From contig JACRDK010000030.1 of the NCBI GenBank assembly GCA_016218585.1, positions 24,277 through 88,276 on the forward strand: 64,000 bases of DNA, in the 5' to 3' direction. Positions 53,568 through 63,024 of this stretch are shown one piece after another (position 1 is the first letter of the stretch; every line of letters begins with the position of its first letter). The translations under genes and the position numbers were made by a program. Origin of the DNA: Candidatus Doudnabacteria bacterium (GTDB lineage Bacteria > Patescibacteriota > Doudnabacteria > UBA920). The notes beneath the pieces were generated by a model. It searched no databases. It worked only from the letters and a program-made list of their open reading frames with translations, and was not told where the DNA came from.

Positions 53568-56168
53568 ATGAAATCAGTTAGACTTTCAAGCCATATAAAG
53601 CCCGAACGATACCGATTGTTTATTAAACCAGATTTAAAGAGGTTTATTTTTGAGGGTGAAGAAACGATTTATCTTAATATTGAAAAACCGGTAAATGAGA
53701 TTACACTTCATACTAAAGAGCTTAAAATTTTGCAGGCAAAATTTAGAATCAAAAATTATGAATTAAGAATTAAGAATAGGGACATACGGTACAACGAGCA
53801 GAATCAAACCGTAACATTTAAGTTAAAACAAACAGTTAAAGCGGGGAAAGGGGAGTTGTCTTTAAAGTTTACCGGCATTTTAAACGATAAAATGAGAGGT
53901 TTTTACAGAAGCCAGTATAAGTCCAAAAACCAGCAAAAACACCTTGCTACAACGCAATTTGAGGCCACAGATGCACGCAGGGCTTTCCCATGCTTTGACG
54001 AGCCCAGCGCCAAGGCTATTTTTGACGTCACCTTAATGGTTCCAAAAAAGTTAGCTGTGGTTTCCAACACAATTGAATCTGAAGTTTTAGAGCACCAAGG
54101 TGAATATAAAACCGTTAAGTTCGCGCCAACGCCAAAAATGTCTACCTATTTATTAGCGTTCATTGTTGGCGACTTGGAATATATTGAAGGCAGAACGCGG
54201 AACAGCGCGGAAAAGGCCGGCAGCGCGGAACAGCGCGGAAAAAATACAAATTCCGGTACGCTAGTTAGAGTCTTTACCACGCCGGGCAAAAAGCACCAGG
54301 CAAAATTCGCGCTCGACACCGCAATCCGCTGCTTGGAATTTTATAACAGCTATTTTGATATTCCATATCCGCTGCCGGTTTTGGATTTAATTGCCATTCC
54401 GGATTTTAACAGCGCCGCTATGGAAAATTGGGGCGCGATAACTTACCGCGAGTCAGCCTTGCTGATTGACGAAAAGAATTCATCTCTGTCTTCTAAACAG
54501 TGGGTGGCAATTGTAATTGCCCACGAAATTGCGCACCAATGGTTTGGCAATTTGGTAACAATGGAGTGGTGGACGCATTTGTGGCTAAACGAAGGCTTTG
54601 CTTCCTATATGGAATATTTATGCACCGACAAATTATTCCCGCAATGGAATATGTGGGAGCAATATGTGGCGCAAAGATTCAACACCGCGCTGGAACTGGA
54701 CTCGCTTACCAACACCCATCCAATTGAAGTTGAGGTTCACCACCCGGAGGAGATTAGCGAAATTTTTGACGCGGTGTCTTATGCTAAAGGTTCGGTAGTT
54801 ATCCGCATGCTGGCAGAATATTTGGGCGAGAAAACTTTTCGCGACGGTTTAAGATATTATTTAAAAAAACATTCCTACCAAAATGCTTCAACCATACATT
54901 TGTGGGAAGCGTTTGAAAAAGTTTCCGGAAAACCGGTAAAAAAGTTAATGCTTAATTGGACTTCCGCGCCCGGATATCCGCTAGTTCGAGTTGTGGAAAA
55001 AGAAAAGCAGTTAGTATTAATGCAGTCTCGCTTTTATTCCAGCGCGATTTCCAAAGCATCGTCTACAGACAAAACCATTTGGCAAATTCCTGTTACCATT
55101 AAAAACGGCAAAAAAATTTCCAAACATTTATTGGGGGCGAAGTCAATTAAAATTCCTAAAACCTCCAAAACCTGGATTAAATTAAACGCCGGGGAAACTT
55201 CGTTTTTTAGAACCGATTATCCGGCGCAAATGCTTGGCGCTTTGAGCAATGGGTTGCCCCAGCTTTCAGCCATAGACAGGCTTGGCGTGGTAAGGGATGC
55301 GTTTACTTTGTCCGAGTCGGGAGATTTACCCGCCACGCAAGCTTTGGAGTTGGTTAAACATTTTAAAAATGAAAAAGACTACAATGCCTGGCTAATGATT
55401 TGTTTTGGCCTTGGGAACATTGGCGGCCTGGCCCGCAACTTAAAATCTTACCCGCTCTATGAAAAGTTCGCTTTAGGAATAATTCAAAATATTTTGCAGA
55501 CGGTCGGGGTCAAAGAGGCAAAAGGCGAAACCGGCGCCCAGGTGCTTTTGCGCAGCTTAATTTTGCAGCAAGCGGTAAAATGGGGCGATAAAAAAACAGT
55601 TGCCTGGGCTTTGGCGCAATTTAACAAAAACTCTCCGGTCCCCGTAAATTTGCGTTCTGTTGTTTATTTTGCCGCCGCCCAGTTTGGTTCAAGCAAGGAG
55701 CATGCAAAGTTAGTTAAAATGTACACCCAAGAGGAGATGCAGGAAGAAAAAGACCGAATAGGCAGAAGCCTGGCGCATTTTAAAAATCCGGAATTATTAA
55801 AAAAGACTTTGGCCTTTGCTTTAAGCAAACAGGTAAGAGACCAGGACGCGCCGTTTATTATTGCCGCGGTTTTCCGCAACTGGGCAGGAAGCGCCATTGC
55901 CTTGGATTTTGTTAAAAAGCATTGGGGTGAGCTGCTTAAGCGCTACGCTTCTGGCTTGAGCATGATTTCCAGAATAATCGGCACAATGGATAATTTTTAC
56001 TCGGAAGAAAAAGCAAAAGAAATAGAAAAGTTTTTTAAAGCACATAAAGCTCCAGGAGCGAAGCGTTCTATTAAACAAACCTTGGAAAAAATTCGCTCAC
56101 AGGCGGCCTGGCTTAAGCGCGACGGCAAACCATTGGACAACTGGTTATTAAAACAAAATGAAAAATAA
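53568..56168 (+). CDS. pepN: Aminopeptidase N (M1 family zinc metallopeptidase)
   Basis: GAMEN exopeptidase motif (AAMENWGAITY), HEIAHQWFGNLVTMEWWTHLWLNEGFASY (HExxH-x18-E), ERAP1-like C-terminal domain. Confidence 0.9.
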   Translation: MKSVRLSSHIKPERYRLFIKPDLKRFIFEGEETIYLNIEKPVNEITLHTKELKILQAKFRIKNYELRIKNRDIRYNEQNQTVTFKLKQTVKAGKGELSLKFTGILNDKMRGFYRSQYKSKNQQKHLATTQFEATDARRAFPCFDEPSAKAIFDVTLMVPKKLAVVSNTIESEVLEHQGEYKTVKFAPTPKMSTYLLAFIVGDLEYIEGRTRNSAEKAGSAEQRGKNTNSGTLVRVFTTPGKKHQAKFALDTAIRCLEFYNSYFDIPYPLPVLDLIAIPDFNSAAMENWGAITYRESALLIDEKNSSLSSKQWVAIVIAHEIAHQWFGNLVTMEWWTHLWLNEGFASYMEYLCTDKLFPQWNMWEQYVAQRFNTALELDSLTNTHPIEVEVHHPEEISEIFDAVSYAKGSVVIRMLAEYLGEKTFRDGLRYYLKKHSYQNASTIHLWEAFEKVSGKPVKKLMLNWTSAPGYPLVRVVEKEKQLVLMQSRFYSSAISKASSTDKTIWQIPVTIKNGKKISKHLLGAKSIKIPKTSKTWIKLNAGETSFFRTDYPAQMLGALSNGLPQLSAIDRLGVVRDAFTLSESGDLPATQALELVKHFKNEKDYNAWLMICFGLGNIGGLARNLKSYPLYEKFALGIIQNILQTVGVKEAKGETGAQVLLRSLILQQAVKWGDKKTVAWALAQFNKNSPVPVNLRSVVYFAAAQFGSSKEHAKLVKMYTQEEMQEEKDRIGRSLAHFKNPELLKKTLAFALSKQVRDQDAPFIIAAVFRNWAGSAIALDFVKKHWGELLKRYASGLSMISRIIGTMDNFYSEEKAKEIEKFFKAHKAPGAKRSIKQTLEKIRSQAAWLKRDGKPLDNWLLKQNEK

Positions 56169-56748
56169 GCTTACAATTTTTTTGCTGGTAATTTTTGGGG
56201 TTTTGCCGTCACTGGCTAAAGCCCAGGTTTCTGCCGCGGACTCAGACGGAGACGGTTTAACCGACGCGCAGGAAACAAATATTTATCACACCAATCCCCA
56301 AAATCCGGACACTGATAATGACGGTTTTTTAGACGGAGATGAAATAAAATATAATTACGATCCAAATAAAAATTCCGAAGACAAATTACAAAAGAAAATT
56401 TTTATAGCATTAGCCGATCAAAGCCTGAGCTATCGCCTCGGCGATTACATTGTTGGCAGCATAAAAATTTCCAGCGGTTTGCCGGCCACGCCGACGCCAA
56501 CGGGAAGTTTTGAAATTGAATCTAAGAAGCCTTTGGTGGATTACATTGGAGCTGATTACAATTTTAAAAACACCCGCTGGAATATGCTGTTTAAAAAACA
56601 CTCGCCTTTGAATTACTACATTCACGGGGCTTTTTGGCATAACAATTTTGGCCAGCCAATGAGCCATGGGTGCATTAATGTTTCTTATAAAGACATTGAG
56701 CCGCTGTATAACTGGGCGGATGTCGGAACTCAGGTAATCATCCAGTAA
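56158..56748 (+). CDS. L,D-transpeptidase (YkuD domain) with N-terminal thrombospondin-type-3-like Asp-rich calcium-binding repeats
   Basis: Catalytic HGAFWHNNFGQPMSHGCINVSYKD (H...SHGC); N-terminal DSDGDGLTDAQETNIYHTNPQNPDTDNDGFLDGDE. Confidence 0.85.
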   Translation: MKNKLTIFLLVIFGVLPSLAKAQVSAADSDGDGLTDAQETNIYHTNPQNPDTDNDGFLDGDEIKYNYDPNKNSEDKLQKKIFIALADQSLSYRLGDYIVGSIKISSGLPATPTPTGSFEIESKKPLVDYIGADYNFKNTRWNMLFKKHSPLNYYIHGAFWHNNFGQPMSHGCINVSYKDIEPLYNWADVGTQVIIQ

Positions 56749-56752
56749 TTAA

Positions 56753-57448
56753 ATGAATATTCAATTTAAAATTTTTAAAAACTTTCCCGAAGTTCGCTGC
56801 GGCTTGTCGCAAAAAGTAGACGGCAGTATGGGTTTGTCGTCCCAAAAAATGTCCGGCAATTTTAAAACCTTTTTTCGCAAGCAGGGGATTAGCCCCGACC
56901 AGGTTGTCCGCGCGGGGTTGGAGCATAAAGACCGGGTTGCTAAATCGGGCCCGGATAGCGCGGGAAAAACCATACCTCACTGCGACGCCCTTCATACAAC
57001 AGAAAAGAATCTTTGCCTTAGCGTAACCGTTGCCGATTGTTATCCAATTTATTTTTTTAATCCCGAAAACGGAAAAGTCGCCATTGCACACAGCGGTTGG
57101 AAAGGCTGCGTAAGCGGATTATTGCCGGCTTTGGTTAAAACTTTATCAACCAATCCGGAAAGGCTGCTTGTAGGAGTTGGCCCGGGAATCGGACCGTGTC
57201 ATTTTGAAATTCAAAATGATATTTTGTCGGAGTTTAATAACTTTTCCAGCGCGGTTAGTTTTAAAGACGGAAAAATATTTGTTGATTTGCCAAAAATTAT
57301 TAGAATTCAGTTAGAAAAAGCCGGCGTCTTGGCCGAAAATATTGAATTTTTTAACGAATGCACTGCTTGCTTGCCCGGAAGCTATTTTTCCTATCGCCGG
57401 GACAAACCAAAAGAGCTGGAAACCATGGTGGCATATATTTATCTTTAA
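56753..57448 (+). CDS. pgeF: Peptidoglycan editing factor PgeF / YfiH (DUF152, Cu-oxidase_4) family
   Basis: CDALHTTEKNLCLSVTVADCYPIYFF...VAIAHSGWKG (ADCxP and HxGWRG-like motifs), C-terminal Cys (ECTACLPGSYFSYRR). Confidence 0.85.
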   Translation: MNIQFKIFKNFPEVRCGLSQKVDGSMGLSSQKMSGNFKTFFRKQGISPDQVVRAGLEHKDRVAKSGPDSAGKTIPHCDALHTTEKNLCLSVTVADCYPIYFFNPENGKVAIAHSGWKGCVSGLLPALVKTLSTNPERLLVGVGPGIGPCHFEIQNDILSEFNNFSSAVSFKDGKIFVDLPKIIRIQLEKAGVLAENIEFFNECTACLPGSYFSYRRDKPKELETMVAYIYL

Positions 57449-57490
57449 TTTTTTGTTAAAATTAAATCAAAGTAATTTGATTTTAAAGCT

Positions 57491-59194
57491 ATGGTAGTTA
57501 ATAGAGAATCAGGGATTCTTTCCGGCTTAAAAGATGAACTCTCAGAAGCAAGTCGAAAGAGCAGGGAAGAGCTCCGGTCTAAAAAACAAAATATTGTTGG
57601 AGAACGCATGCAAGAGCTTGTCGAGGCGCAAAAAAACATGAATGCGCTGCTTGTTAAAATTTATGAAAAAGTATGCGGGAACACCGGCTCTAATAGCTCA
57701 GAAATTCTAATGGAACTAGCCAAAGAGCAAAAAGATAATGTTGCGGCTCTGGGTCCGGGAGCTTCAATCGCCCTTGAAAATGCGCTATTAGAATATTCCA
57801 AGCTACACGACAAGGTCGGGTTTTATTATAGGCAATATGAACAAAAGCCGGAAGAGCTTTTTGAAAAATGTTTTGGCAAAAAACCGGAGGGGAAGGTGCA
57901 ATTAATTTTAGGACCAATGACAATATGTTTTCGTTGTTTTAATGAGCAAGACTACATTTTTGCCTATACAAACTACAAACACGAAGACACAAGCATCAAC
58001 GATGTTGAAAAAGCTAAAAAAAGCCAAGGGGCAGCTTTCCCAACATGTAAAGTTAGTGATTTATCAAATTGTGTAATTATAGAAAAAGCGAGTAATAATT
58101 TTGGATTTGTTGACAAAATAAAACAAAATAAAATTGAAATTAAAAAAGGGTCAAAAACTAGGGTTGAATTTTCAGACTTAAATCTAAACGGGACAGTTTT
58201 TTGGTATGTTGAAGGCGAGATAATGTACCAACTAACTTTTCAAACAAAAAAAGGCAGGGTTAGCGGTGTAAATCTTTATGATCCAAAAAATGACAATTTT
58301 ATTTTTTTGGATAAGCAAATTGATTCGTCGCCCGACGAACGCATAGTTTTTCCGGCCGAGAAGTATAGGGAAACAGAGTACCTTGATATAGAATTTGATG
58401 ACAGAGGTTTTTCAATTGTTGATCATAGCAGGAAAAAGCAACTTTTAAACTATGAGGTTTTAAGCGGAAGAAAAATTGTTGTAAAGGATGAGTCGCTTTC
58501 AAAAAGGGTGAGAAGGCATGAAGAGCAGCATCAGTTTAATAAACTTTTTGTGCCTAAAGAACATTCAGAAATACCCCCAAGCTTAATTAAGAGCCTGAGC
58601 AAAACCGCGTTGATAAATATGGACAGGGCTGAAGCTCAAAGAGCAAAGGTTAAAATTATAGAAGCCTTAGTTAGGCATTACAGGAGAATGTACGTAGATT
58701 TTAGAGCGAGAGATGAAATAATTGCTTATTATAGGGATGGTAGTGATATTAAGGCTATTGAAGATCTGTTAAAAAATAGTTCATTATATGACTACAAATC
58801 TGCAGATATTACGTTAGAAAGTGGAAAAAAAATTCCAATACAGCAATGGTTGGAAAATTTACTTAAAAATGATTTAGGCGCCGGTCGGCTTGCCCGGTAC
58901 ACTGAGTATAGCAAGGACAAAAAGGATTTTGCTAAAAGAAGTAGCTTGAATTTTTACGCAGGTCATTTATTTTTTGAGCGGGAAATTAAAGACTCTCTTC
59001 AGTCAATTTTTGTTTCAGACTACAATCGGTCAATTGATGAGTGGTTAGAACAAATCAAAAATTTAGAAAAACTTGGCTATGGTCGCCAGCAAATTGTTGC
59101 TTTTTGTAACATGTTGCCTGCGAGAGCTTGGAAATCTTTTGTTTTGAGACTTAGCCGTCATGGGCAAAAGGCAAAGAAAGAGCAGGTAGCCTAA
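57491..59194 (+). CDS. Large hypothetical cytoplasmic protein (567 aa), no recognisable domain
   Basis: Long ORF with local codon usage and no TM segments. An isolated HEEQH (HExxH-like) pentad at about residue 350 is of doubtful significance. Confidence 0.55.
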   Translation: MVVNRESGILSGLKDELSEASRKSREELRSKKQNIVGERMQELVEAQKNMNALLVKIYEKVCGNTGSNSSEILMELAKEQKDNVAALGPGASIALENALLEYSKLHDKVGFYYRQYEQKPEELFEKCFGKKPEGKVQLILGPMTICFRCFNEQDYIFAYTNYKHEDTSINDVEKAKKSQGAAFPTCKVSDLSNCVIIEKASNNFGFVDKIKQNKIEIKKGSKTRVEFSDLNLNGTVFWYVEGEIMYQLTFQTKKGRVSGVNLYDPKNDNFIFLDKQIDSSPDERIVFPAEKYRETEYLDIEFDDRGFSIVDHSRKKQLLNYEVLSGRKIVVKDESLSKRVRRHEEQHQFNKLFVPKEHSEIPPSLIKSLSKTALINMDRAEAQRAKVKIIEALVRHYRRMYVDFRARDEIIAYYRDGSDIKAIEDLLKNSSLYDYKSADITLESGKKIPIQQWLENLLKNDLGAGRLARYTEYSKDKKDFAKRSSLNFYAGHLFFEREIKDSLQSIFVSDYNRSIDEWLEQIKNLEKLGYGRQQIVAFCNMLPARAWKSFVLRLSRHGQKAKKEQVA

Positions 59195-59270
59195 TATTGC
59201 CAAAAGCTCAGATTTTGCTATAATACTCCAAGCAGGTTTTTTTAGCCTATTTTTTATTGAAATTTAACAC

Positions 59271-60764
59271 ATGCACCCAAAATTAAAACTCTTTGGTTCC
59301 TTGGTGGCAATATTGCTTATTGCCGCAGCAGCGGTTTGGATTATTCTGCCAAGTGGCAGCAAAATTGACTTTAATAAGATTAAAATCCCTTATAGCCAGA
59401 CCTTTAAGGTTCATTTAGGTTTGGATTTACAGGGCGGAAGCCATTTGGTTTATCAGGCTGACTTTAAGGATATTAAGCAGCAGGACCAGGCAGACGCATT
59501 AAATTCTGTTCGCGACACCATAGAACGCCGCGTAAACAGCTTTGGCGTAAGCGAACCGCTGGTACAGGTTGCCGGATCCGACAGAATTATAGTTGAGCTT
59601 CCCGGTATTAAAGATATTAACCAGGCTATTGATCAGATCGGCCAAACTCCGTTTATGGAGTTTAAAACCGAAAATCCAAATGCTAATCAGCTTACCCCGG
59701 ACAAAAACGGCAATGTAACCGTTGACGCTTCTAAAGCCTGGTTGCCAACCGGACTCTCCGGCAAGCAGTTAAAAAAGGCCACTGTGGACTTTGAGCAGGG
59801 CAAGAGCTTGTCCAGCCAGGTTGTTGTTCGCTTGGAATTTAATGACGAAGGCAGAAAACTTTTCTCTGATATAACCTCGGCTAACATTGGCAAACCAATT
59901 GCAATTTTTCTGGACGGCCAAATTCTAAGCGCCCCAACAGTTCAAACCGCAATTACCGACGGTGTGGCTATTATTACCGGAGACTTTACCGTAGACCAAG
60001 CTAAAGCTTTGGCTACCAGGTTAAACAGCGGCGCTTTGCCTGTGCCGATTAGCTTAATTTCCCAGCAAAATGTTGGCGCGACATTGGGCAAAGAATCTGT
60101 GCAAAAGTCAGTGGTTGCCGGATTAATTGGCTTGTTGATGATTGCTTTTTTTATGATTGCTTACTATCGCTTTCCGGGCTTTTTGGCCACTATTGCCTTG
60201 TTAATTTACGCAGTTGTGTCCTTTGCAGTATTTAAAATTGGTATTTCATTTACCGCATTAGCTTTGGTGGGCGCATTTTTCTTCCTTGGCCTTACGGTAA
60301 GTTCCTGGTTTGGAATTTTAGCCTTCTTTAGTTACATTTTGTTAATCTTCTTAAAAGGGCTTTCCCCGGTCACTTTAACTTTAGCGGGCATTGCCGGATT
60401 TATTTTGTCCATTGGTATGGCTGTTGACGCCAACATTTTAATCTTTGAAAGATTAAAAGAAGAAATCCGCGCCGGCAAAGAAATTCACAAAGCCGTTGAG
60501 GATGGTTTTGCCAGAGCCTGGCTGTCTATTCGCGATTCTAACGTCTCCAGCTTAATTACCACAGTCATTCTTTATATTTTCGGCACGCCGTCAATTAAAG
60601 GTTTTGCCGTTACTTTGGGCGTTGGTATTTTAATTTCCATGTTTACCGCCATTACTGTTACCAGAACCTTCTTAAAAGTTTTTGTGGGCAACAATATTTT
60701 AACCCACCCTTGGTTATTTGGCGTAAGCAAAATTAAGACGTCTATTTCCTCTCAAGATAAATAA
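59271..60764 (+). CDS. secD: Protein-export membrane protein SecD
   Basis: LGLDLQGGSHLVYQADF (SecD periplasmic P1 head motif), C-terminal 6-TM RND-like domain. Confidence 0.9.
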   Translation: MHPKLKLFGSLVAILLIAAAAVWIILPSGSKIDFNKIKIPYSQTFKVHLGLDLQGGSHLVYQADFKDIKQQDQADALNSVRDTIERRVNSFGVSEPLVQVAGSDRIIVELPGIKDINQAIDQIGQTPFMEFKTENPNANQLTPDKNGNVTVDASKAWLPTGLSGKQLKKATVDFEQGKSLSSQVVVRLEFNDEGRKLFSDITSANIGKPIAIFLDGQILSAPTVQTAITDGVAIITGDFTVDQAKALATRLNSGALPVPISLISQQNVGATLGKESVQKSVVAGLIGLLMIAFFMIAYYRFPGFLATIALLIYAVVSFAVFKIGISFTALALVGAFFFLGLTVSSWFGILAFFSYILLIFLKGLSPVTLTLAGIAGFILSIGMAVDANILIFERLKEEIRAGKEIHKAVEDGFARAWLSIRDSNVSSLITTVILYIFGTPSIKGFAVTLGVGILISMFTAITVTRTFLKVFVGNNILTHPWLFGVSKIKTSISSQDK

Positions 60765-60777
60765 ACTTATCATTAAG

Positions 60778-60871
60778 ATACAAATATACAAATATACAAA
60801 TGCACAAATGATACAAATAATTACTAATGTCATTATTTGTAGGTATTAGTTCCATCCGTTTATTTGTAGAT
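60778..60871. repeat. Short repeat array in the secD-secF spacer: five direct (A/G)(T/C)ACAAAT units at 8-9-bp spacing followed by two inverted copies (TTATTTGTAG)
   Basis: gatacaaat atacaaat atacaaat gcacaaat gatacaaat ... cattatttgtagg ... gtttatttgtaga, read directly. Confidence 0.7.
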
Positions 60872-60895
60872 TAGTATAGCGTATTAGCACTCTTT

Positions 60896-61789
60896 ATGTT
60901 CAACACTTTAAAATATTATAAACTTTGGTTTGCAATCTCAGGAATTATTTTGCTTTTTGGCGTAATTTCTCTTTCCGTATACGGCTTGCGTTTAGGAATA
61001 GACTTTAAGGGCGGGACTTTTGTAGAGCTGCAATTTAACCAGCCGGTAGATCAGGCTAAAATTAAAACTGTTATTGACGAGCAGGGGATTAAAAACTACC
61101 AGTTGCAGGCTGCGGAAAATAACAGCCTAATTATCAAGACAGAAAATTTGGCAAAAGATAAACATGACAAACTTTTGTCGGAAATCCAAAAACAGGTTGG
61201 CGAGTTTAAAGAAACCCGCTTAGACTCTATTGGGCCGGTAATTGGCAAGGAATTGAAGCAGAATGCCATTTACCAGTTAATTCTTGTCTCTTTAGGCATT
61301 GTAATTTACCTGGGCTATGCCTTTAGAAAAGTTGCCAAGCCGGTTACTTCCTGGCGCTTTGGTTGGTCAGCAATTATTGCATTATTACACGACTTATTGT
61401 TCGTTTTGGGCTTCTTCTCGATTTTAGGACACTTTAGAGGCGTAGAAGTAGACAGCTTGTTTGTTACCGCCATGCTTACTGTTTTGGGCTTCTCAGTCCA
61501 CGATACAATTGTAGTCTTTGACCGTATTAGGGAAAACTTAAAACTTTATCCCGGCCAGAGCATAGAATACGTGGTAAATCACAGCATTTCTCAAACAATT
61601 GTCCGCTCTCTTAACACCAGCTTAACTGTTTTATTTGTTCTTTTGAGCTTATTGCTATTCGGCGGAGAAACAATTCGTTATTTTGTCTTAGCCTTGTTTG
61701 TGGGTATTATTGTAGGAACTTATTCCTCCATATTTATTGCCAGCCCGGTATTAGTTCAGTGGCAAAAGTGGAAAACTAAAAAAGCCTAA
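60896..61789 (+). CDS. secF: Protein-export membrane protein SecF
   Basis: LGIDFKGGTFVELQF (SecF N-terminal signature), 6-TM domain. Confidence 0.9.
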   Translation: MFNTLKYYKLWFAISGIILLFGVISLSVYGLRLGIDFKGGTFVELQFNQPVDQAKIKTVIDEQGIKNYQLQAAENNSLIIKTENLAKDKHDKLLSEIQKQVGEFKETRLDSIGPVIGKELKQNAIYQLILVSLGIVIYLGYAFRKVAKPVTSWRFGWSAIIALLHDLLFVLGFFSILGHFRGVEVDSLFVTAMLTVLGFSVHDTIVVFDRIRENLKLYPGQSIEYVVNHSISQTIVRSLNTSLTVLFVLLSLLLFGGETIRYFVLALFVGIIVGTYSSIFIASPVLVQWQKWKTKKA

Positions 61790-61793
61790 ATTT

Positions 61794-61827
61794 AAAAACC
61801 TCCCTTAATTAAGGGAGGTTTTTTTAT
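61794..61827 (+). terminator. Rho-independent terminator after secF
   Basis: aaaaacctccctta atta agggaggttttttta. Confidence 0.85.
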
Positions 61828-61896
61828 CACAAGTTATTTGACATCTACTATTCTTTATGCTATACTGAAAAAGTTAAAAACAACTCTTGAAAACAT

Positions 61897-62979
61897 ATGG
61901 GAATTTTAGACACAATAATCCATACCAAACAGACAGAGTCTCTTAATCAATTCAAGCCTTCAGAAATTGTGAAGGAAGTTTTGGAATTGCTTAAAGATCG
62001 CGATCGCCAAATTCTTAGCCATCGCTATGGTTTGGAAGGCAATGAAACTAAAACTTTGGCTTCAATTGGCCAGGAACAGAATCTTACCCGTGAAAGAGTT
62101 AGGCAAATTGAAAAAGATTTAATCCGCCACTTAAAGAAAACCAGCCTGCAAAAGGAAAATTTTTCCTCGGCAAAAGACTTTTTAATAAACATCATTACTG
62201 AACACGGCCGCATTATTGCCGAAGAAAATTTGCTAATGCATTTAAACATTTCTGACCCAAAGGAAAAGAACGCTTTGGTGTTTATTTTGCATTTAATTGA
62301 AGAATTAGACAACTTTATTCACGACAACTATAAGAAAAGCTGGGTTGGCGTGCTGTTTAAGCACGATTTGCTGCATGGTTTTATTTCCGAAAGCAAAAAA
62401 ATTATCAGCGGCAAGAATAGCCCGCTGGACGCAGCTGAATTTTTGGAAAACTTTAAGCAAACTCAATTCTACGACGAGAATAAGGCCGAATTGAGCGATA
62501 AAATTATTTTAAATTATTTAGAGCTCACGGTTGAAATTGAAAAAAATGTTTTTGGCCAGTGGGGTTTGGCTGTGTGGAAAGAAGTTAAGCCAAAAGATGT
62601 CGGCGACAAGGCTTATTTGGTTATGAAGCATCATAAAAAACCCGAGCATTATTCAGCTATTACGGAAATGATTAACAAAGCCAAGTTTGACGACCGCACC
62701 GCTTACAAAGAAACCGTACATAATGAACTTATTAAAGACCAACGCTTTATTTTAATTGGCCGAGGTATTTATGCTCTTTCTGAATGGGGTTATAAGCCGG
62801 GCGTTGTTGCCGATGTTATTGTTGAGATTTTAAAACAATCTCCCCAGCCGATGACTAAAGAAAAAATTATTGAAGAAGTTTTAAAGCGCAGAGTAGTTAA
62901 AAAGAACACAATTTTAGTCGGGCTTTCCAACAAAAAAATCTTTAAGAAAGTCGGCAAAAACGCATACGCTTTAGTATAA
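61897..62979 (+). CDS. Protein with N-terminal sigma-70 region-4-like helix-turn-helix fused to a roughly 270-aa uncharacterised domain
   Basis: LELLKDRDRQILSHRYGLEGNETKTLASIGQEQNLTRERVRQIEKDLIRHLKK matches the sigma-70 region 4 consensus (L..RE..VL..RYGL......TL.EIG....VTRERIRQIE.KALRKL). No sigma region 2 is present. Confidence 0.6.
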   Translation: MGILDTIIHTKQTESLNQFKPSEIVKEVLELLKDRDRQILSHRYGLEGNETKTLASIGQEQNLTRERVRQIEKDLIRHLKKTSLQKENFSSAKDFLINIITEHGRIIAEENLLMHLNISDPKEKNALVFILHLIEELDNFIHDNYKKSWVGVLFKHDLLHGFISESKKIISGKNSPLDAAEFLENFKQTQFYDENKAELSDKIILNYLELTVEIEKNVFGQWGLAVWKEVKPKDVGDKAYLVMKHHKKPEHYSAITEMINKAKFDDRTAYKETVHNELIKDQRFILIGRGIYALSEWGYKPGVVADVIVEILKQSPQPMTKEKIIEEVLKRRVVKKNTILVGLSNKKIFKKVGKNAYALV

Positions 62980-63024
62980 TTTTTTTTAATTTTTAGTTTA
63001 CTAACAAAACAAAAAGCCAAAAAA

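Noticed and set aside
54198-54245. Short tandem duplication (agcgcggaa x3; AEKAGSAEQRGKN) inside pepN
   Set aside because: It is an in-frame low-complexity insertion in a surface loop region and has no evident functional signal.
58470-58560. HEEQH pentad in the 567-aa hypothetical protein as a zinc-metalloprotease HExxH site
   Set aside because: It is an isolated pentad without the downstream third ligand or surrounding hydrophobic helix pattern, so it is likely coincidental.
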